A stretch of 64,000 nt of DNA, taken from Chloroflexota bacterium (lineage in GTDB: Bacteria; Chloroflexota; UBA6077; SHYK01). Where the stretch lies: contig DASRDP010000150.1 of assembly GCA_035652535.1 (NCBI GenBank), forward strand, positions 5,265-69,264. The letters are read 5' to 3'. Below, piece by piece: positions 1 to 10,503 of this stretch (positions are counted from its first letter, which is position 1; each line of letters opens with the position of its first letter). The translations under genes and the position numbers were made by a program. The notes under the pieces are model-generated. The model was not told the DNA's origin and searched no databases. It worked only from the letters and a program-made list of their open reading frames with translations.

Positions 1-569
1 CCGGTGTAGTACTGACGAAGCGCGGCGATGTAGGCCGGTCGGCAAATAGGACATCCAATGGAATTGAGCTGAATCGAAAGTTCCCGCAGCCCGAGGGCCC
101 CATACAGGCGCCAGAGCAGGGTGATGATCTCTGCGTCGAGCGCCGGGTCGTCGTCGCCGAGGGCTTCGCAGTCGAACTGGTGGTGCTCCCGAAGCCGACC
201 CGCTTGGGGGCGGTCATAGCGAAACACGCTGATCAAGCTAAAGAGTCGTACCGGCTGTGGACCAGCATACAGCCCGTGCTCCAGATAGGCACGAACGATC
301 GGAGCCGTGCCTTCCGCGCGCAGCGTGATGTCCGCTCCGCCCTTGTCCCGAAACGAGTACATTTCTTTTTCGACAACATCCGTGGTTTCGCCTGCACCGT
401 GATAGAACAGAGCGGTGTCTTCGAAGGTCGGCGTGCGGATCTCGCGATAGCCGAAGCTCGCGGCGAAACGGCGCGCGGTCGATTCGACGAACGTCCAGTA
501 CGGGACGTCTTCGGGCAGGATGTCTTGCGTTCCACGCGGTGCTTGGTACACTGAACCCCTCACGAACAT
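1..569 (-). CDS. hisS: Histidyl-tRNA synthetase, N-terminal part (runs off the left edge of the window)
   Basis: Reverse-strand translation reads MFVRGSVYQAPRGTQDILPEDVPYW...FRYDRPQAGRLREHHQFDCEALG, which matches class II HisRS motifs 1-2. ATG at 569-567. The gene continues past position 1. Confidence 0.8.
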   Translation of the reverse strand, partial: MFVRGSVYQAPRGTQDILPEDVPYWTFVESTARRFAASFGYREIRTPTFEDTALFYHGAGETTDVVEKEMYSFRDKGGADITLRAEGTAPIVRAYLEHGLYAGPQPVRLFSLISVFRYDRPQAGRLREHHQFDCEALGDDDPALDAEIITLLWRLYGALGLRELSIQLNSIGCPICRPAYIAALRQYYT

Positions 570-599
570 TCCACAGTGAGCACTATATTATACGGGAAC

Positions 600-911
600 A
601 TGCGTATCTGCCTGGCGTATCTGCACAGATATGACCATTTGTTTAGGCTGATCGTCTGCGAGGCGCTTGCGTTGGTCCGATTCGTCGTGCACGTTCACCC
701 GCGGTCGACCCGAATCGCCGTGCGACGCGGCGACGGCCGCGTTGAGGTCTGGACGACGTCCCCACCGGTACAGGGCAAAGCGAACGAATCGGTTCGCGAG
801 ATTCTGGCGGACTGGCTGGACATCCCCGTGTCCCGGGTACGCATTCTCTCCGGCGGGACAGGACGGACAAAGCTCGTCGACGCGATGGGCGTCCACGAGC
901 TGCCGAGCTAA
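600..911 (+). CDS. DUF167 / YggU-family small protein
   Basis: C-terminal VVHVHPRSTRIAVRRGDGRVEVWTTSPPVQGKANESVREILADWLDIPVSRVRILSGGTGRTKLV matches the DUF167 pattern (PPxDGKAN ... V.I..G..sR.K). The start is uncertain: ATG at 600 or GTG near 655. The AT-rich stretch 576-650 looks like a promoter. Confidence 0.5.
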   Translation: MRICLAYLHRYDHLFRLIVCEALALVRFVVHVHPRSTRIAVRRGDGRVEVWTTSPPVQGKANESVREILADWLDIPVSRVRILSGGTGRTKLVDAMGVHELPS

Positions 912-918
912 CTTCGTC

Positions 919-1209
919 CTAGAATGGGCTGCGCGCCGCGCTCACGAGCGCCTGCTGCAATACGGAGTTGATGACCTGGAGGAGCAGGAGCGCGACAAGC
1001 GGCGAGAGGTCGATCATGCCGAACGGTGGCAGGATTCGTCGGAGCGGACCGAGGATCGGCTCGGTGATCTGGAACAGGATCACGGCGAGGGGATAGAACG
1101 GATTGCCCGGACGAAGCTGGAACCAGGACAGCAGCGCCCTCCCAATAATCGCCAGGGTGAGCGCCTGGAACAGATAGTCGATGAACAGCTGCAGGTAGTG
1201 TACGAACAT
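919..1209 (-). CDS. yggT: YggT / YlmG family integral membrane protein (cell-division associated)
   Basis: 96 aa with FQITEPILGPLRRILPPFGMIDLSPLVALLLLQ, the YGGT family signature. It lies directly downstream of yggS and ftsZ. Confidence 0.8.
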   Translation of the reverse strand: MFVHYLQLFIDYLFQALTLAIIGRALLSWFQLRPGNPFYPLAVILFQITEPILGPLRRILPPFGMIDLSPLVALLLLQVINSVLQQALVSAARSPF

Positions 1210-1251
1210 ACGTCTCCAGTAATGCCAGATGGGGCTCGTGACCGGCTCGCG

Positions 1252-1929
1252 TCAGTCGGCGAAAATCGCGCGGCCGATACGCACGACCGTCGCCCCTTCC
1301 TCGATTGCGATCGGGTAATCGTCGGTCATGCCCATCGAAAGTCCCAGCGGTGGGATATGGGAATTCGCCTGCTGCACCGCGTCTCGGCGCGCACGCAGGG
1401 TGCGGAAAACTGCTCGCGTGTCCTCTTTGGAAAGTCCCAAGGGAGCAACCGTCATCAATCCGGTGACCACGAGGTTCGGAAGCGGAGCGATTTCGCGAAC
1501 GATGTTTTCCAATTCGCTGGGATCGAACCCGAATCGGTCCGGAGTGCGCGCGAATTGGACCTCGAGATACACCGGAATTGGCCGATTTGACAGGGATGAA
1601 ATGCGCTGAGCGATGCGCAGGCTGTCAATTGAGTGAATTGTATCAAAGAGATCGAGAGCGGCTTTGGCCTTATTGGACTGAAGGTGACCGACAAGGTGCC
1701 AATGGGCAGGCGGCGCCGAGCCTTCGACTCGTGGCTTTTTCGATGCAGCCTCTTGGACGCGATTTTCGCCGATATCCGTCAGTCCTGCGCGAATCGCGCT
1801 GGCGATCACCTCGGGCCCGTGGCCCTTGCTCACGCCGACGATCCGGACGGCATCTGGCGGACGTCCGCTTCGTTCGGCGGCTTCAGCGACCCTCCGGCGC
1901 ACCTCGGCCAGGCGTTCGTCAATCGACAT
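1252..1929 (-). CDS. yggS: PLP-binding protein YggS/YlmE (PLPHP, alanine-racemase-fold)
   Basis: [34 protein letters not shown]...[13 protein letters not shown]...SMGMTDDY are YggS hallmarks. The start is taken at ATG 1929 ([10 protein letters not shown]); the long ORF reaching 2136 begins in Arg/Pro-rich junk. The start overlaps the ftsZ stop by 11 nt. Confidence 0.85.
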   Translation of the reverse strand: MSIDERLAEVRRRVAEAAERSGRPPDAVRIVGVSKGHGPEVIASAIRAGLTDIGENRVQEAASKKPRVEGSAPPAHWHLVGHLQSNKAKAALDLFDTIHSIDSLRIAQRISSLSNRPIPVYLEVQFARTPDRFGFDPSELENIVREIAPLPNLVVTGLMTVAPLGLSKEDTRAVFRTLRARRDAVQQANSHIPPLGLSMGMTDDYPIAIEEGATVVRIGRAIFAD

Positions 1930-3097
1930 GGCTGGGGGCGGCTCCGCCAGTGCGCCATTCGGGCGCGGCGGATGGCGGCTGATCAACGGAGGGCCGGATG
2001 CCCGGTCGCGCGGCAAACGGGTGATCCAGACCTGAATCCTGGATTGCGCTGGTTCCAGTGGGCGGATGGGGATCCGCTGTGGGCTCGTCCAGAATCGCCG
2101 CGCGGAGGCTGGGAAGCCCGTAGCCCCGGCCCGCATGTGAGCTGGACGGATCGAATCCCGTGGCGATAACGGTTATGCGGACTTCGCCCTCCATCGCGTC
2201 GTCGATAACGGCGCCAAAGATGATGTTCGCGTCCGGGTCGGCCGCCGCGCGCACAACGTCCGCGGCGCGATTGATTTCGGAAAGCGTGAGGTCGTTGCCG
2301 CCGGTAATGTTGAACAGCACGCCTCGCGCTCCCTGCATCGAGAGATCCAAGAGTGGGCTTGCCATTGCCGATTCGGCCGCCACGACCGCGCGGTCGTCGC
2401 CCGTTGCAGTCCCGATCGCCATGAGGGCGATTCCCGACTCGTACATCACGCTCTTCACGTCGGCAAAGTCGAGGTTGATCAGCCCGGGGCGGGTGATCAA
2501 TTCAGAAATGCCCTGGATTCCCTGCCGCAATACGTCGTCGATCACGGAAAACGCGGCCTCCACGCTGGTCCGACGATCGATGACCTGCAGCACTCGGTCA
2601 TTCGGAATGATGATCAAGGTGTGGAGGCGCTCTCGAAGGGCTGCCAGCCCTTCATCCGCGACTCGGCGGCGTCGCGATCCCTCGAAGGCGAAGGGCCTCG
2701 TCACCACGCCGACGGTCAGGGCACCTGCTTCCTGAGCGATCCGTGCGACGACGGGCGACGCCCCGCTCCCCGTGCCGCCCCCCATGCCCGCGGCGACGAA
2801 CACCATGTCTGCGCCTTGGCACACGGCGGCGATGTCGTCGGCCGACTCTTCGGCAGCCTTCGCGCCGACGCCAGGGTTGCCGCCGGACCCGAGTCCGTGG
2901 GTGGTGCGATCGCCGATCCGGATTCGCTTCGGGGCGCGCGACCGGGTGAGCGCCTGCTGGTCGGTGTTCAGCGCGACGAAATCAATCCCGTGGAGGCCGG
3001 CGGCGATCATCCGGTCGACGGCGTTGCTTCCGGCGCCTCCGACCCCCAGGACGGCGACACGGGCTGAGCCTTCTGTGCGTCCGTTCTCCACGCTCAC
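1919..3097 (-). CDS. ftsZ: Cell division GTPase FtsZ
   Basis: [28 protein letters not shown] and the tubulin-like core. C-terminal linker with an LPSLRAAI peptide, followed by ~55 further residues. Confidence 0.95.
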   Translation of the reverse strand: MSVENGRTEGSARVAVLGVGGAGSNAVDRMIAAGLHGIDFVALNTDQQALTRSRAPKRIRIGDRTTHGLGSGGNPGVGAKAAEESADDIAAVCQGADMVFVAAGMGGGTGSGASPVVARIAQEAGALTVGVVTRPFAFEGSRRRRVADEGLAALRERLHTLIIIPNDRVLQVIDRRTSVEAAFSVIDDVLRQGIQGISELITRPGLINLDFADVKSVMYESGIALMAIGTATGDDRAVVAAESAMASPLLDLSMQGARGVLFNITGGNDLTLSEINRAADVVRAAADPDANIIFGAVIDDAMEGEVRITVIATGFDPSSSHAGRGYGLPSLRAAILDEPTADPHPPTGTSAIQDSGLDHPFAARPGIRPSVDQPPSAAPEWRTGGAAPSHVD

Positions 3098-3116
3098 CCC
3101 CTTCGCCGGTTGGGCG

Positions 3117-4310
3117 TCACCCGAAGAAGTTTCCTAACCAGGTCTTCAGCGATGCGCCGGTGCGCGCAATTCTACTCTTCCCGCGTGGATGCGTGGACAG
3201 GTTGAGCTGCTCGCCGCCCCAGATGAGCAACCCGATGCTCGTAGCAAAGGCAGGACCCCGCACCGCGTCGGCCAGACCCCGCAGCCCCGTCGGTACGCCG
3301 ATACGCGCCGGAACGCCGAGGATCTCTGATGCAAGCGCGGCCACCCCAGCGATCTGGGCGGACCCGCCAGTGACGATGATCCCCGCGGGGAACGCGTCGC
3401 GGTAGCCGGCGCGCGTCATTTCGGCCTCAACCATCTCAAAGGTTTCGGCAAGGCGCGCCTCGATGATCTCCGCGACGACGCGCTGATCGACCGGCTGCCC
3501 TTCGTCGCGACCGTATGCAGGGACGGCGATGATCTCGCCCTCGTTGGCCCGCGCCGTCGTGGAGCCGTGTCGGATCTTCAGCTCTTCGGCGACAGAGAAC
3601 GTCGCACGCAATCCGACCGCGAGGTCATTGCTGATCTGGTACCCGCCAACCGGCAGGATGAACGAGTGTATCAAGCTGCCGTCTCGGAACACGGCCGAGT
3701 CCGTCGTGCCGCCACCAATGTCGATGACCATGCACCCGAGGTCCCGCTCGGCTTCGGAGAGCACGGCGCAGCCTGCGGCCAGTGGCTCGAGGACCAGCGC
3801 GTCCAGGTCGACGTCAACGGATTCGATGCACCGGACAAGGTTGTGGATCGACGTCATCGAGCCCGTCACGATGTTTGCCTCGACCTCGAGACGGCGGCCA
3901 ACCATGCCCACCGGGTGACGGATCCCATCCATGCCATCTACAACGAAGTGGCGCGGAATCACGTGGAGGATCTCTTGATCCGGTGGAAGCTGGATGATCC
4001 GCGCGCCGTCGATCACGCGAGACACGTCTTCGGACGATATGACGCCGTCGGTGTTGCGGACAGCAACGACAGCGTGGCTGTTGGTCGAGAGCACGTGTGC
4101 TCCCGCGATCCCCACGAGAGCGCTCATCGCCTTGAAGCCGGACTGTTGTTCGGCGCGCCGCAACGAGGACTCGATAGCGGAGACCGCGGCCTGCACGTCG
4201 ACGACCACCCCTTTGCGCAATCCCTGTGAAGGGCAAATGCCAACGCCCAGGATCTCCGGGGAGCCCGACGCCATGTCGGCTATGAGGGTGCACACCTTCG
4301 TGGTACCCAC
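3117..4310 (-). CDS. ftsA: Cell division protein FtsA (actin-like ATPase)
   Basis: [20 protein letters not shown] and [10 protein letters not shown] actin-fold motifs. The ORF as given starts at GTG 4310. Conserved N-terminal residues (ADQIIVGID) lie upstream in frame but no canonical start precedes them. A possible ATT at 4343 sits after the GGAGGGAGG Shine-Dalgarno. Confidence 0.85.
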   Translation of the reverse strand: MGTTKVCTLIADMASGSPEILGVGICPSQGLRKGVVVDVQAAVSAIESSLRRAEQQSGFKAMSALVGIAGAHVLSTNSHAVVAVRNTDGVISSEDVSRVIDGARIIQLPPDQEILHVIPRHFVVDGMDGIRHPVGMVGRRLEVEANIVTGSMTSIHNLVRCIESVDVDLDALVLEPLAAGCAVLSEAERDLGCMVIDIGGGTTDSAVFRDGSLIHSFILPVGGYQISNDLAVGLRATFSVAEELKIRHGSTTARANEGEIIAVPAYGRDEGQPVDQRVVAEIIEARLAETFEMVEAEMTRAGYRDAFPAGIIVTGGSAQIAGVAALASEILGVPARIGVPTGLRGLADAVRGPAFATSIGLLIWGGEQLNLSTHPRGKSRIARTGASLKTWLGNFFG

Positions 4311-4359
4311 GTCGATGCCGACGATTATCTGGTCTGCGGAAATGGTCCTCCCTCCAGGG

Positions 4360-5229
4360 CTATCGATAGTACGGCCGTTCGAGAAACCTCACGTCGATGA
4401 GCTGCGCCGTCTGATGCGTGGCGTCAAGGTGTCCCCTGATCGCTTGCACCGCATCCAGCTTCGCGGCTAGATCGTCGGCGTTCCCCAGGATGATGCGCGG
4501 TCCCCCGGGCACGACCAGGCTGACCCCGGTTGCAGGATGGTACTCTACCTGACTCCCCGGCATCCCGATGGCGACCAGGCGCGGACCGACCGATTGAGCC
4601 ACATGCACGACAGCCGGGTCAACTCGATCCCCAAGTTGCACCGCGGGGCCCTCGGGCGCGCTGATCGCCGGCAACGACGGCGCAATCTCGCGCAGCGGCG
4701 ACTCCGGCCGGAGGGCGTCCGCGTCACCAAGCACGAGGCCATCTTCGTCGATGAGCGCGCGGCTCTGCCCCACCACCCAGGCGGCTACGGGCATCCGCTC
4801 CTGAAGAAAGACGTTGACGGTGGAGGGAAGCACTGCCCGGACCTCGGCTGATTTTACGGCGGGAATCCCTTCCATCGCGCGTGCGATTCGCATGCCGCGC
4901 ACGGCGAAGATGCTCGTGCCGGATGTCGGAAGAAATGGGGTAATCTCGGTCACGGGAACGAGGTCCGCGCCGTATACCAGCGTTTCCCGGACCTGCAAGG
5001 TTGGCGCGACCGCGCCCTGGACGATCACCACGAGGTCGCCCGCGAGAATCGCGAGCGCCAGGAGTTTGCCGAGTAGCCAGGCGCTGAAGATTCGGTGGAG
5101 AACTCCGGGTCCGCGGCGGCCCCGCTGGGCTATCTGTGCGCGGCCACGCGTCGTAACGGGCGTGGCGCCCCGGGCGGTCGGTCGCCTGTGGGCGGCTGGC
5201 GTCGCTCGCGTCGGAACGGCGCGGCTCAC
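4360..5229 (-). CDS. ftsQ: Cell division protein FtsQ/DivIB (POTRA domain)
   Basis: Arg-rich N-terminus, one TM helix (LLGKLLALAILAGDLVVIV) and a POTRA-like domain. GTG at 5229 overlaps the murB TGA stop (GTGA). The longer ORF reaching 5331 would overlap murB by 105 nt. Confidence 0.75.
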   Translation of the reverse strand: MSRAVPTRATPAAHRRPTARGATPVTTRGRAQIAQRGRRGPGVLHRIFSAWLLGKLLALAILAGDLVVIVQGAVAPTLQVRETLVYGADLVPVTEITPFLPTSGTSIFAVRGMRIARAMEGIPAVKSAEVRAVLPSTVNVFLQERMPVAAWVVGQSRALIDEDGLVLGDADALRPESPLREIAPSLPAISAPEGPAVQLGDRVDPAVVHVAQSVGPRLVAIGMPGSQVEYHPATGVSLVVPGGPRIILGNADDLAAKLDAVQAIRGHLDATHQTAQLIDVRFLERPYYR

Positions 5230-6281
5230 GCGGCGGCTCCTGGTGGACCGGCGAGCGCGAGCAGTTCCTCCGGCCGGAATCGACCCGCGAGCTGCACCTC
5301 GGGCGTGAGCCAGATTCCGGTTTGCCGCCACACCGTCGTTTGGACGTGCGCCACGAGACGGAGAACGTCGCGTGAGGTGGCCGCCCCACGGTTAACGATG
5401 AAGTTCGCATGGAGCTGGGAGACGACCGCGTCGCCGATCGCGCGGCCCTTTAGCCCAGCGCTCTCGATGAGCCGTCCCGCCGCGTCGCCCGGAGGATTCG
5501 CAAATACGGACCCAATGCTGTATCCGCTGGGCTGAGAGTCTCGGCGGAGTCGCTGGATCTCCGAGATGCGCGCCCGCAGCACGCTCGGCTCGTCGACTTC
5601 GACGCGGAAGGTTGCGTCCAATACGGCCCCGATCAGGTTCCCGCGCTTCAGATGGCTGGAACGGTAGGCCAAACCCAGCCCCGCCGCGTCGAATGATACG
5701 GTGCCTTGGCCGAGGACGTAGACGCTGGCGCACGCGAGATGCTCCGCGACGCACGATCCGAACGCGCCCGAATTGTTGACGACGGACGCGCCCACCGTGC
5801 CCGGCACATTCGCGGCCCACTCGAGCCCGCGCAGACCGCGAAGCGCGAGCTGTTTCCCGAGGCCGGCCAGCAGGCGTCCTGCCTCGGCGCGAATAAGGAC
5901 ACGCCCCTGCTCGTCGGTAGCCTCGCATACCCCGTTGGCCGCCGTCCGGATGACGAGTCCGGCTATGCCCTCGTCGGCAATCAGCAAGTTCGACGCGCCG
6001 CCCATGATGCGCCAGGGCACGTCGAGCGCAGCGGCAGCCTCGACGGCGTCGACGATCTGCTGTGTCGAGCGAGCGGTCAGATAGAGGTCGGCCGGTCCGC
6101 CGACGCGCAGCGAGGCATATCGGGCGAGCGGCTCGTTAGCGCGCGCAGATGGCCCGATCCGCCGCTGCAGATCACGAAGCGCGCCCGCGTCGCCGGGGCG
6201 GTGGGTGGGCGCAGGTGGTGGGGCTCCTTCGGCAGCATCGCGCATCCGGTCCTGCCCTCGCTGCATGCCGCTTGACGTCAC
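5226..6281 (-). CDS. murB: UDP-N-acetylenolpyruvoylglucosamine reductase MurB
   Basis: FAD-binding PCMH domain (RVGGPADLYL...GGASNLL) and the MurB C-terminal domain. GTG start at 6281 overlaps the murC stop (GTGA). Confidence 0.9.
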   Translation of the reverse strand: MTSSGMQRGQDRMRDAAEGAPPPAPTHRPGDAGALRDLQRRIGPSARANEPLARYASLRVGGPADLYLTARSTQQIVDAVEAAAALDVPWRIMGGASNLLIADEGIAGLVIRTAANGVCEATDEQGRVLIRAEAGRLLAGLGKQLALRGLRGLEWAANVPGTVGASVVNNSGAFGSCVAEHLACASVYVLGQGTVSFDAAGLGLAYRSSHLKRGNLIGAVLDATFRVEVDEPSVLRARISEIQRLRRDSQPSGYSIGSVFANPPGDAAGRLIESAGLKGRAIGDAVVSQLHANFIVNRGAATSRDVLRLVAHVQTTVWRQTGIWLTPEVQLAGRFRPEELLALAGPPGAAA

Positions 6282-7666
6282 CGTGTGCGCAGCCCCTCGA
6301 GGATGGGCTCCGCAATCGTCCAGATGTCGCCGGCGCCCATGACGAGGACGAGGTCGCCCGGCTGGGCGGCAGTTACGACGCGCTCGACGGCCTTGTTCGC
6401 GCTCAGGACGGCGGCGTCCGGATGGTTCATGACCTGCGCGAGGGAGCGTACCGTTGGATCGTCCTCGTTTGCCTCCCGTCCCGCGGGACGGTACGTAGGC
6501 GCGAGGATAACGTGGTCAGCATCGCCGAAGCTCCCGGCGAACGCGTCGAAGAGGCTCATGGTGCGGTGCGCGGTGTGCGGCTGGAAGATCGCCCAGATTG
6601 GCGACCGATAGTGGGCTCGTGCGGCGGCGAGGGTGGCCCGGATTGCCGTGGGGTGGTGTGCGTAGTCATCGACGACCGCGACGCCGGCGGCGATTCCGAT
6701 CAGCTCGAAGCGTCGGCGCGTGCCGCGAAATTCCGCCAGGGCCTCCTGGATCGCGGACCACGGCACCCTGAGATGGCTCGCGGTGGCGACCGCAGCGGCC
6801 ACGTTTACCGCGTTGTGGGAGCCAACAAGCGCGACCTCGGCATCGTGCCCCGCACCGTCTGGCCCCCGAAGGGTGATCCGGCTTCGCTGTCGGTCGACCG
6901 GGTCCCACGTCGTCACTCGCCAATCGGCGTCATCGGCGAGCCCGTAGGTGATGCGGGTCCCGTGGCACGGGAGATCCCGGGCCACCGGATCGTCGCAGCA
7001 CACGATCATCGCGCCGCCGGGACGGACGCGCTCGACGAACGAGAGGAAGGCGTCGACGACGTGCTGGAAGCTCCCGAAGTAGTCGAGGTGGTCCGGCTCG
7101 ACGCTTGTGACGATCGCGATCTCCGGATCATAGTCGAGGAATCGCCGATCGAACTCGTCTGCCTCCGCGACGAGCCATTCGCCCTGACCACGCCGGCCGA
7201 ACAGGCCGAAGTTCAGCAGCTCCGACCCGACATGGAACGTTGGGTCGAGCCCGGCTCGATCCAGGATGAAGGCGATGAGCGCTGAGGTCGTGGTCTTGCC
7301 GTGCGTTCCGGCCACAGCTACGCCTCGGCGTTCCCGCATGAGGCTCCCCAGGGCGGCGGAATGCTTCACCGTCCGGATCCCTCGCGCTCGGGCAATGGCC
7401 AGCTCTGGATTGTCCTCCGGGACCGCGGACGACGCCACGACGATGTCAACATCGCCCACGTGCTCGGCGCGGTGGCCGAAGAAGATGCGAGCCCCCAGCG
7501 ACCGGAGCGGCCCCATGGCCTGATTGGTGGCGAGATCGGATCCAGTGACGTCGATCCCCATTTGGAGCAAGATCGTTGCCAGAGGCGTCATCGCCGTGCC
7601 GCCGATTCCGACGAGATGGGCGCGCCGAACTTCGCTGATCTTCGTCAGGGGAGCACGGTCTCCCAT
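6278..7666 (-). CDS. murC: UDP-N-acetylmuramate--L-alanine ligase MurC
   Basis: HLVGIGGTAMTPLA, GTHGKTTTSA and the Mur ligase middle and C-terminal domains. Confidence 0.92.
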   Translation of the reverse strand: MGDRAPLTKISEVRRAHLVGIGGTAMTPLATILLQMGIDVTGSDLATNQAMGPLRSLGARIFFGHRAEHVGDVDIVVASSAVPEDNPELAIARARGIRTVKHSAALGSLMRERRGVAVAGTHGKTTTSALIAFILDRAGLDPTFHVGSELLNFGLFGRRGQGEWLVAEADEFDRRFLDYDPEIAIVTSVEPDHLDYFGSFQHVVDAFLSFVERVRPGGAMIVCCDDPVARDLPCHGTRITYGLADDADWRVTTWDPVDRQRSRITLRGPDGAGHDAEVALVGSHNAVNVAAAVATASHLRVPWSAIQEALAEFRGTRRRFELIGIAAGVAVVDDYAHHPTAIRATLAAARAHYRSPIWAIFQPHTAHRTMSLFDAFAGSFGDADHVILAPTYRPAGREANEDDPTVRSLAQVMNHPDAAVLSANKAVERVVTAAQPGDLVLVMGAGDIWTIAEPILEGLRTR

Positions 7667-7669
7667 ACG

Positions 7670-8980
7670 CTATCGGTGCGTCGGCGCGAGCCGCTTCGGG
7701 GTGGGCGCGGCGGATCGGCCGCGCTCCGATTTCGCCCGCTCGCTCGCAGCGCTCTTGGCCCTGCGCTCTGTCCTGTTCGGCGGCGGCTCGTACTCTGAAT
7801 CGGCCGGGCCGGCTCGGGAATCCAGGCTCGCGCCCAGCCACGCCCGCCAGGACCGCCGCTGGGGGTCGACGGTCCTGGACACGTTGAGCAAGATTCCCAC
7901 CGCTGCCAGGCTCACCACCGTCGAGGAACCTCCATAACTGACGAACGGCAATGGGACGCCGGTGTTTGGCACGAGGTGGCTCACCACCGCCATATTGAGC
8001 AGGGCTTGCCATGAGATGAGAAGGGTGGCGCCGGTGGCCAGGGCCCGGCCAAGCGGGTCGCGCGCTCCGCTGGCAATCGTGAGTCCCCGCCATGCGAAGA
8101 TGAGGAAGAGACCGAGTACCAGCGACGTGCCGATGAACCCGATCTCTTCCCCCACGATTGCAAAAATCGTGTCGGTGTGGGCATTGGGGACGAAGAAGTA
8201 TTTCTGACGGCTCGCTCCAAGCCCCAGTCCTGCCCAGCCGCCGGAGCCGAGGGCGATGAGAGCCTGGGTTGTGTGCCATCCAATGCCTCCGGGATCGGCC
8301 CACGGGTCGACGAATGCTCGGATTCGGTCGGCCTTGTAACCCGAGTTGATGACGAAGTTGACGAGCAGGACGCATCCGATGATGGCGCCGAGCAGGGCGT
8401 GGAGGACGTTGGCGCCGGCAACGAAGAACACTGACGCGGCCGTGAGGACGAGAACGATCGCGGTGCCAAGGTCCGGCTCCACGAGCACCAGGCCCGCCGA
8501 GATGGCCAGGATCAGGGCGAATGGAATGGTCCCAAACGTCAGCTTTTGGATGTCACCTCCGACGCGCGTGATCCATGCCCCGAGATAGAGGACGACCGCC
8601 AGCTTCACCATCTCACTGGGCTGGAAGGACAGAATCGGTCCGAGGGAGAGCCAGCGGCTTGCCCCGTACGTGGCGACACTCACCCCGGGAATGAGGACCA
8701 CCGCGAGGAGTCCCACGGTAACCACGTAGATGGGCACCGCCATGCGCTGCCAGATGTGGTAGTCGATGCGGGACATTGTGGCGAGGACGACGAGCCCAAC
8801 GCCCACCCACAGCACGTGGCGGACAAGGAAATAGGTGTCGTCGCCAAATTCGGTCTCCGCGACGACGAAGCTGGCGCTGAACACCATGGCAACCCCGATG
8901 ACGAGCAGCGCCGCCACGGCGATGATGAGACCCATGTCGATCGCAAACCGCGGGCGGACATCCGAGCGCGCGTTTAGCAT
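7670..8980 (-). CDS. ftsW: Peptidoglycan glycosyltransferase FtsW (SEDS family)
   Basis: Ten-TM SEDS protein with SFQPSEMVKLA, DLGTA and PNAHTDTIFA motifs. It carries a ~70-aa basic low-complexity C-terminal tail. Confidence 0.9.
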   Translation of the reverse strand: MLNARSDVRPRFAIDMGLIIAVAALLVIGVAMVFSASFVVAETEFGDDTYFLVRHVLWVGVGLVVLATMSRIDYHIWQRMAVPIYVVTVGLLAVVLIPGVSVATYGASRWLSLGPILSFQPSEMVKLAVVLYLGAWITRVGGDIQKLTFGTIPFALILAISAGLVLVEPDLGTAIVLVLTAASVFFVAGANVLHALLGAIIGCVLLVNFVINSGYKADRIRAFVDPWADPGGIGWHTTQALIALGSGGWAGLGLGASRQKYFFVPNAHTDTIFAIVGEEIGFIGTSLVLGLFLIFAWRGLTIASGARDPLGRALATGATLLISWQALLNMAVVSHLVPNTGVPLPFVSYGGSSTVVSLAAVGILLNVSRTVDPQRRSWRAWLGASLDSRAGPADSEYEPPPNRTERRAKSAASERAKSERGRSAAPTPKRLAPTHR

Positions 8981-10503
8981 GGACCGACCCGCGATACGCG
9001 CGGCCGCCGGGCACGCGGTGGGCTGCTCGATGCGAGCGACGCGACGGACGCGCGGAACGCCTCGCCGCGCGCCTCATAGTCGCGGAATTCGTCGAAGCTG
9101 GTACATCCCGGTGAGAGCAACACGACGTCTCCAGGCTCCGCGGCTCGCGTTGCCAGTCGGACCACCTCGCTGAACGATCGGGCGATCGTGACCGGAACGC
9201 TGGAGCCAGCCGCCCTTAGCGCGCGGTCGATGAGCGGCGCCGCCTCGCCCACCAGCACGACTGCGCGCGCCCGGCGGCTAATGAGCTGAGCCCAATCCTC
9301 CATCGGTGTATGTTTGTCCCGCCCGCCGGCGATCAGAACCACTGGGGCGTCGAAGGATCGTAGCGCCGCCATGGACCGCTCAGGCGACGTGGCGATGGAG
9401 TCGTTGACGTAGGTAACGCCGTCCACGGTCGCGACGACCTCGAGGCGATGGGCAACCGGTTCGAAAGCGCGTAAGGCCCGCCGAATCGGCTCGACCCCGC
9501 AGCCCGCGGCCTGCGCAATGCACGCTGCCGCGAGGGCATTGGCCACGTTGTGATCGCCGCGCAAGTTGATCTCGGCGCGGTTCAGCAGGGGCACGAAGTG
9601 TCCGTCCCCGCCCGGTGGGCTTGCTAGCCAGAGGATCGAGCCATCGTACCAGGCGCCGGACGCAGGTCCGGTCATTCTGAAGTCAACGGTGGCGCTCGCG
9701 TGCGCGAGCGACCGGACGATCGGATCGTCGGCGTTGAGAATGGCCGTGTCCACGGGGAGTTGATGACGAATGATGTTCGCCTTGGCGCGGACGTAGTCCT
9801 CCATGTCCGCGTGGCGATCCAAATGGTTGGGCGTGATGTTGAGAATCGCAGCAATTCTTGGAGACTGGGACACATCGGCGAGTTGAAAGCTGCTCAGCTC
9901 CAGAACACACCACGTCTGCTCGGTGATGTCCGGCAGCCGTCGCAGCATGGGCGTTCCGATATTGCCGCCCACAACGGATGGGATGTCGCCCGCTGCCAGA
10001 ATCGACCCCACCATGGTAGTCGTCGTGGTCTTGCCGCTACTGCCCGTGATCCCGATGATCGGCCCGGGGCAAAGTTCAAAGAAGAGCCGCGTAGCGCTGG
10101 AGACGCGCGCACCGACCGCGCGGGCCCGCGCGACGACGGGCTCCGATTGCGCCACGCCCGGGCTGACGAAGATCTCGTCGCAGTCCACGAGATCTTCGGC
10201 CGTCTGCTGGCCGAGACTGAAGCGAACATCGAATCCGCGGAGCGCGGTCAGCGCCTCCTGGAGTCGTTCGGCAGGTGCCCGGTCGCTCACCACGACTTCG
10301 CGCGCCCGTGGCGCGAGAAATTCGACGAGATCAACACCCTCTCGCCCGAGTCCCACGATCCCTATGCGCTCGGTGCGCAATTCGCCGAGCCTGGCGACCG
10401 CGGCGGCGGAGAGGCGAGCCGCGAAGCCGTGGTCCGCTGTTCCGTGAGCGCGTGCGCGATCGGTCAATCGTTTACCGTGGTCAAAACGCGCGGCGACTCC
10501 CAT
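8974..10503 (-). CDS. murD: UDP-N-acetylmuramoylalanine--D-glutamate ligase MurD
   Basis: IVGLGREGVDLVEFL, ITGSSGKTTTTTM and Mur ligase domains. The N-terminal ~40 aa is longer than typical, so the start is uncertain. Confidence 0.88.
   Translation of the reverse strand: MGVAARFDHGKRLTDRARAHGTADHGFAARLSAAAVARLGELRTERIGIVGLGREGVDLVEFLAPRAREVVVSDRAPAERLQEALTALRGFDVRFSLGQQTAEDLVDCDEIFVSPGVAQSEPVVARARAVGARVSSATRLFFELCPGPIIGITGSSGKTTTTTMVGSILAAGDIPSVVGGNIGTPMLRRLPDITEQTWCVLELSSFQLADVSQSPRIAAILNITPNHLDRHADMEDYVRAKANIIRHQLPVDTAILNADDPIVRSLAHASATVDFRMTGPASGAWYDGSILWLASPPGGDGHFVPLLNRAEINLRGDHNVANALAAACIAQAAGCGVEPIRRALRAFEPVAHRLEVVATVDGVTYVNDSIATSPERSMAALRSFDAPVVLIAGGRDKHTPMEDWAQLISRRARAVVLVGEAAPLIDRALRAAGSSVPVTIARSFSEVVRLATRAAEPGDVVLLSPGCTSFDEFRDYEARGEAFRASVASLASSSPPRARRPRVSRVGPC

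Noticed and set aside
667-1590. 307-aa plus-strand ORF spanning yggT and yggS
   Set aside because: It is antisense to two well-supported genes, its composition is Arg-rich, and it has no domain signal. This is a typical high-GC antisense artifact.
7446-8375. 309-aa and 162-aa minus-strand ORFs in alternate frames within ftsW and murC
   Set aside because: Arg/Pro/Ser-rich junk translations. The SEDS and MurC frames have clear motifs.
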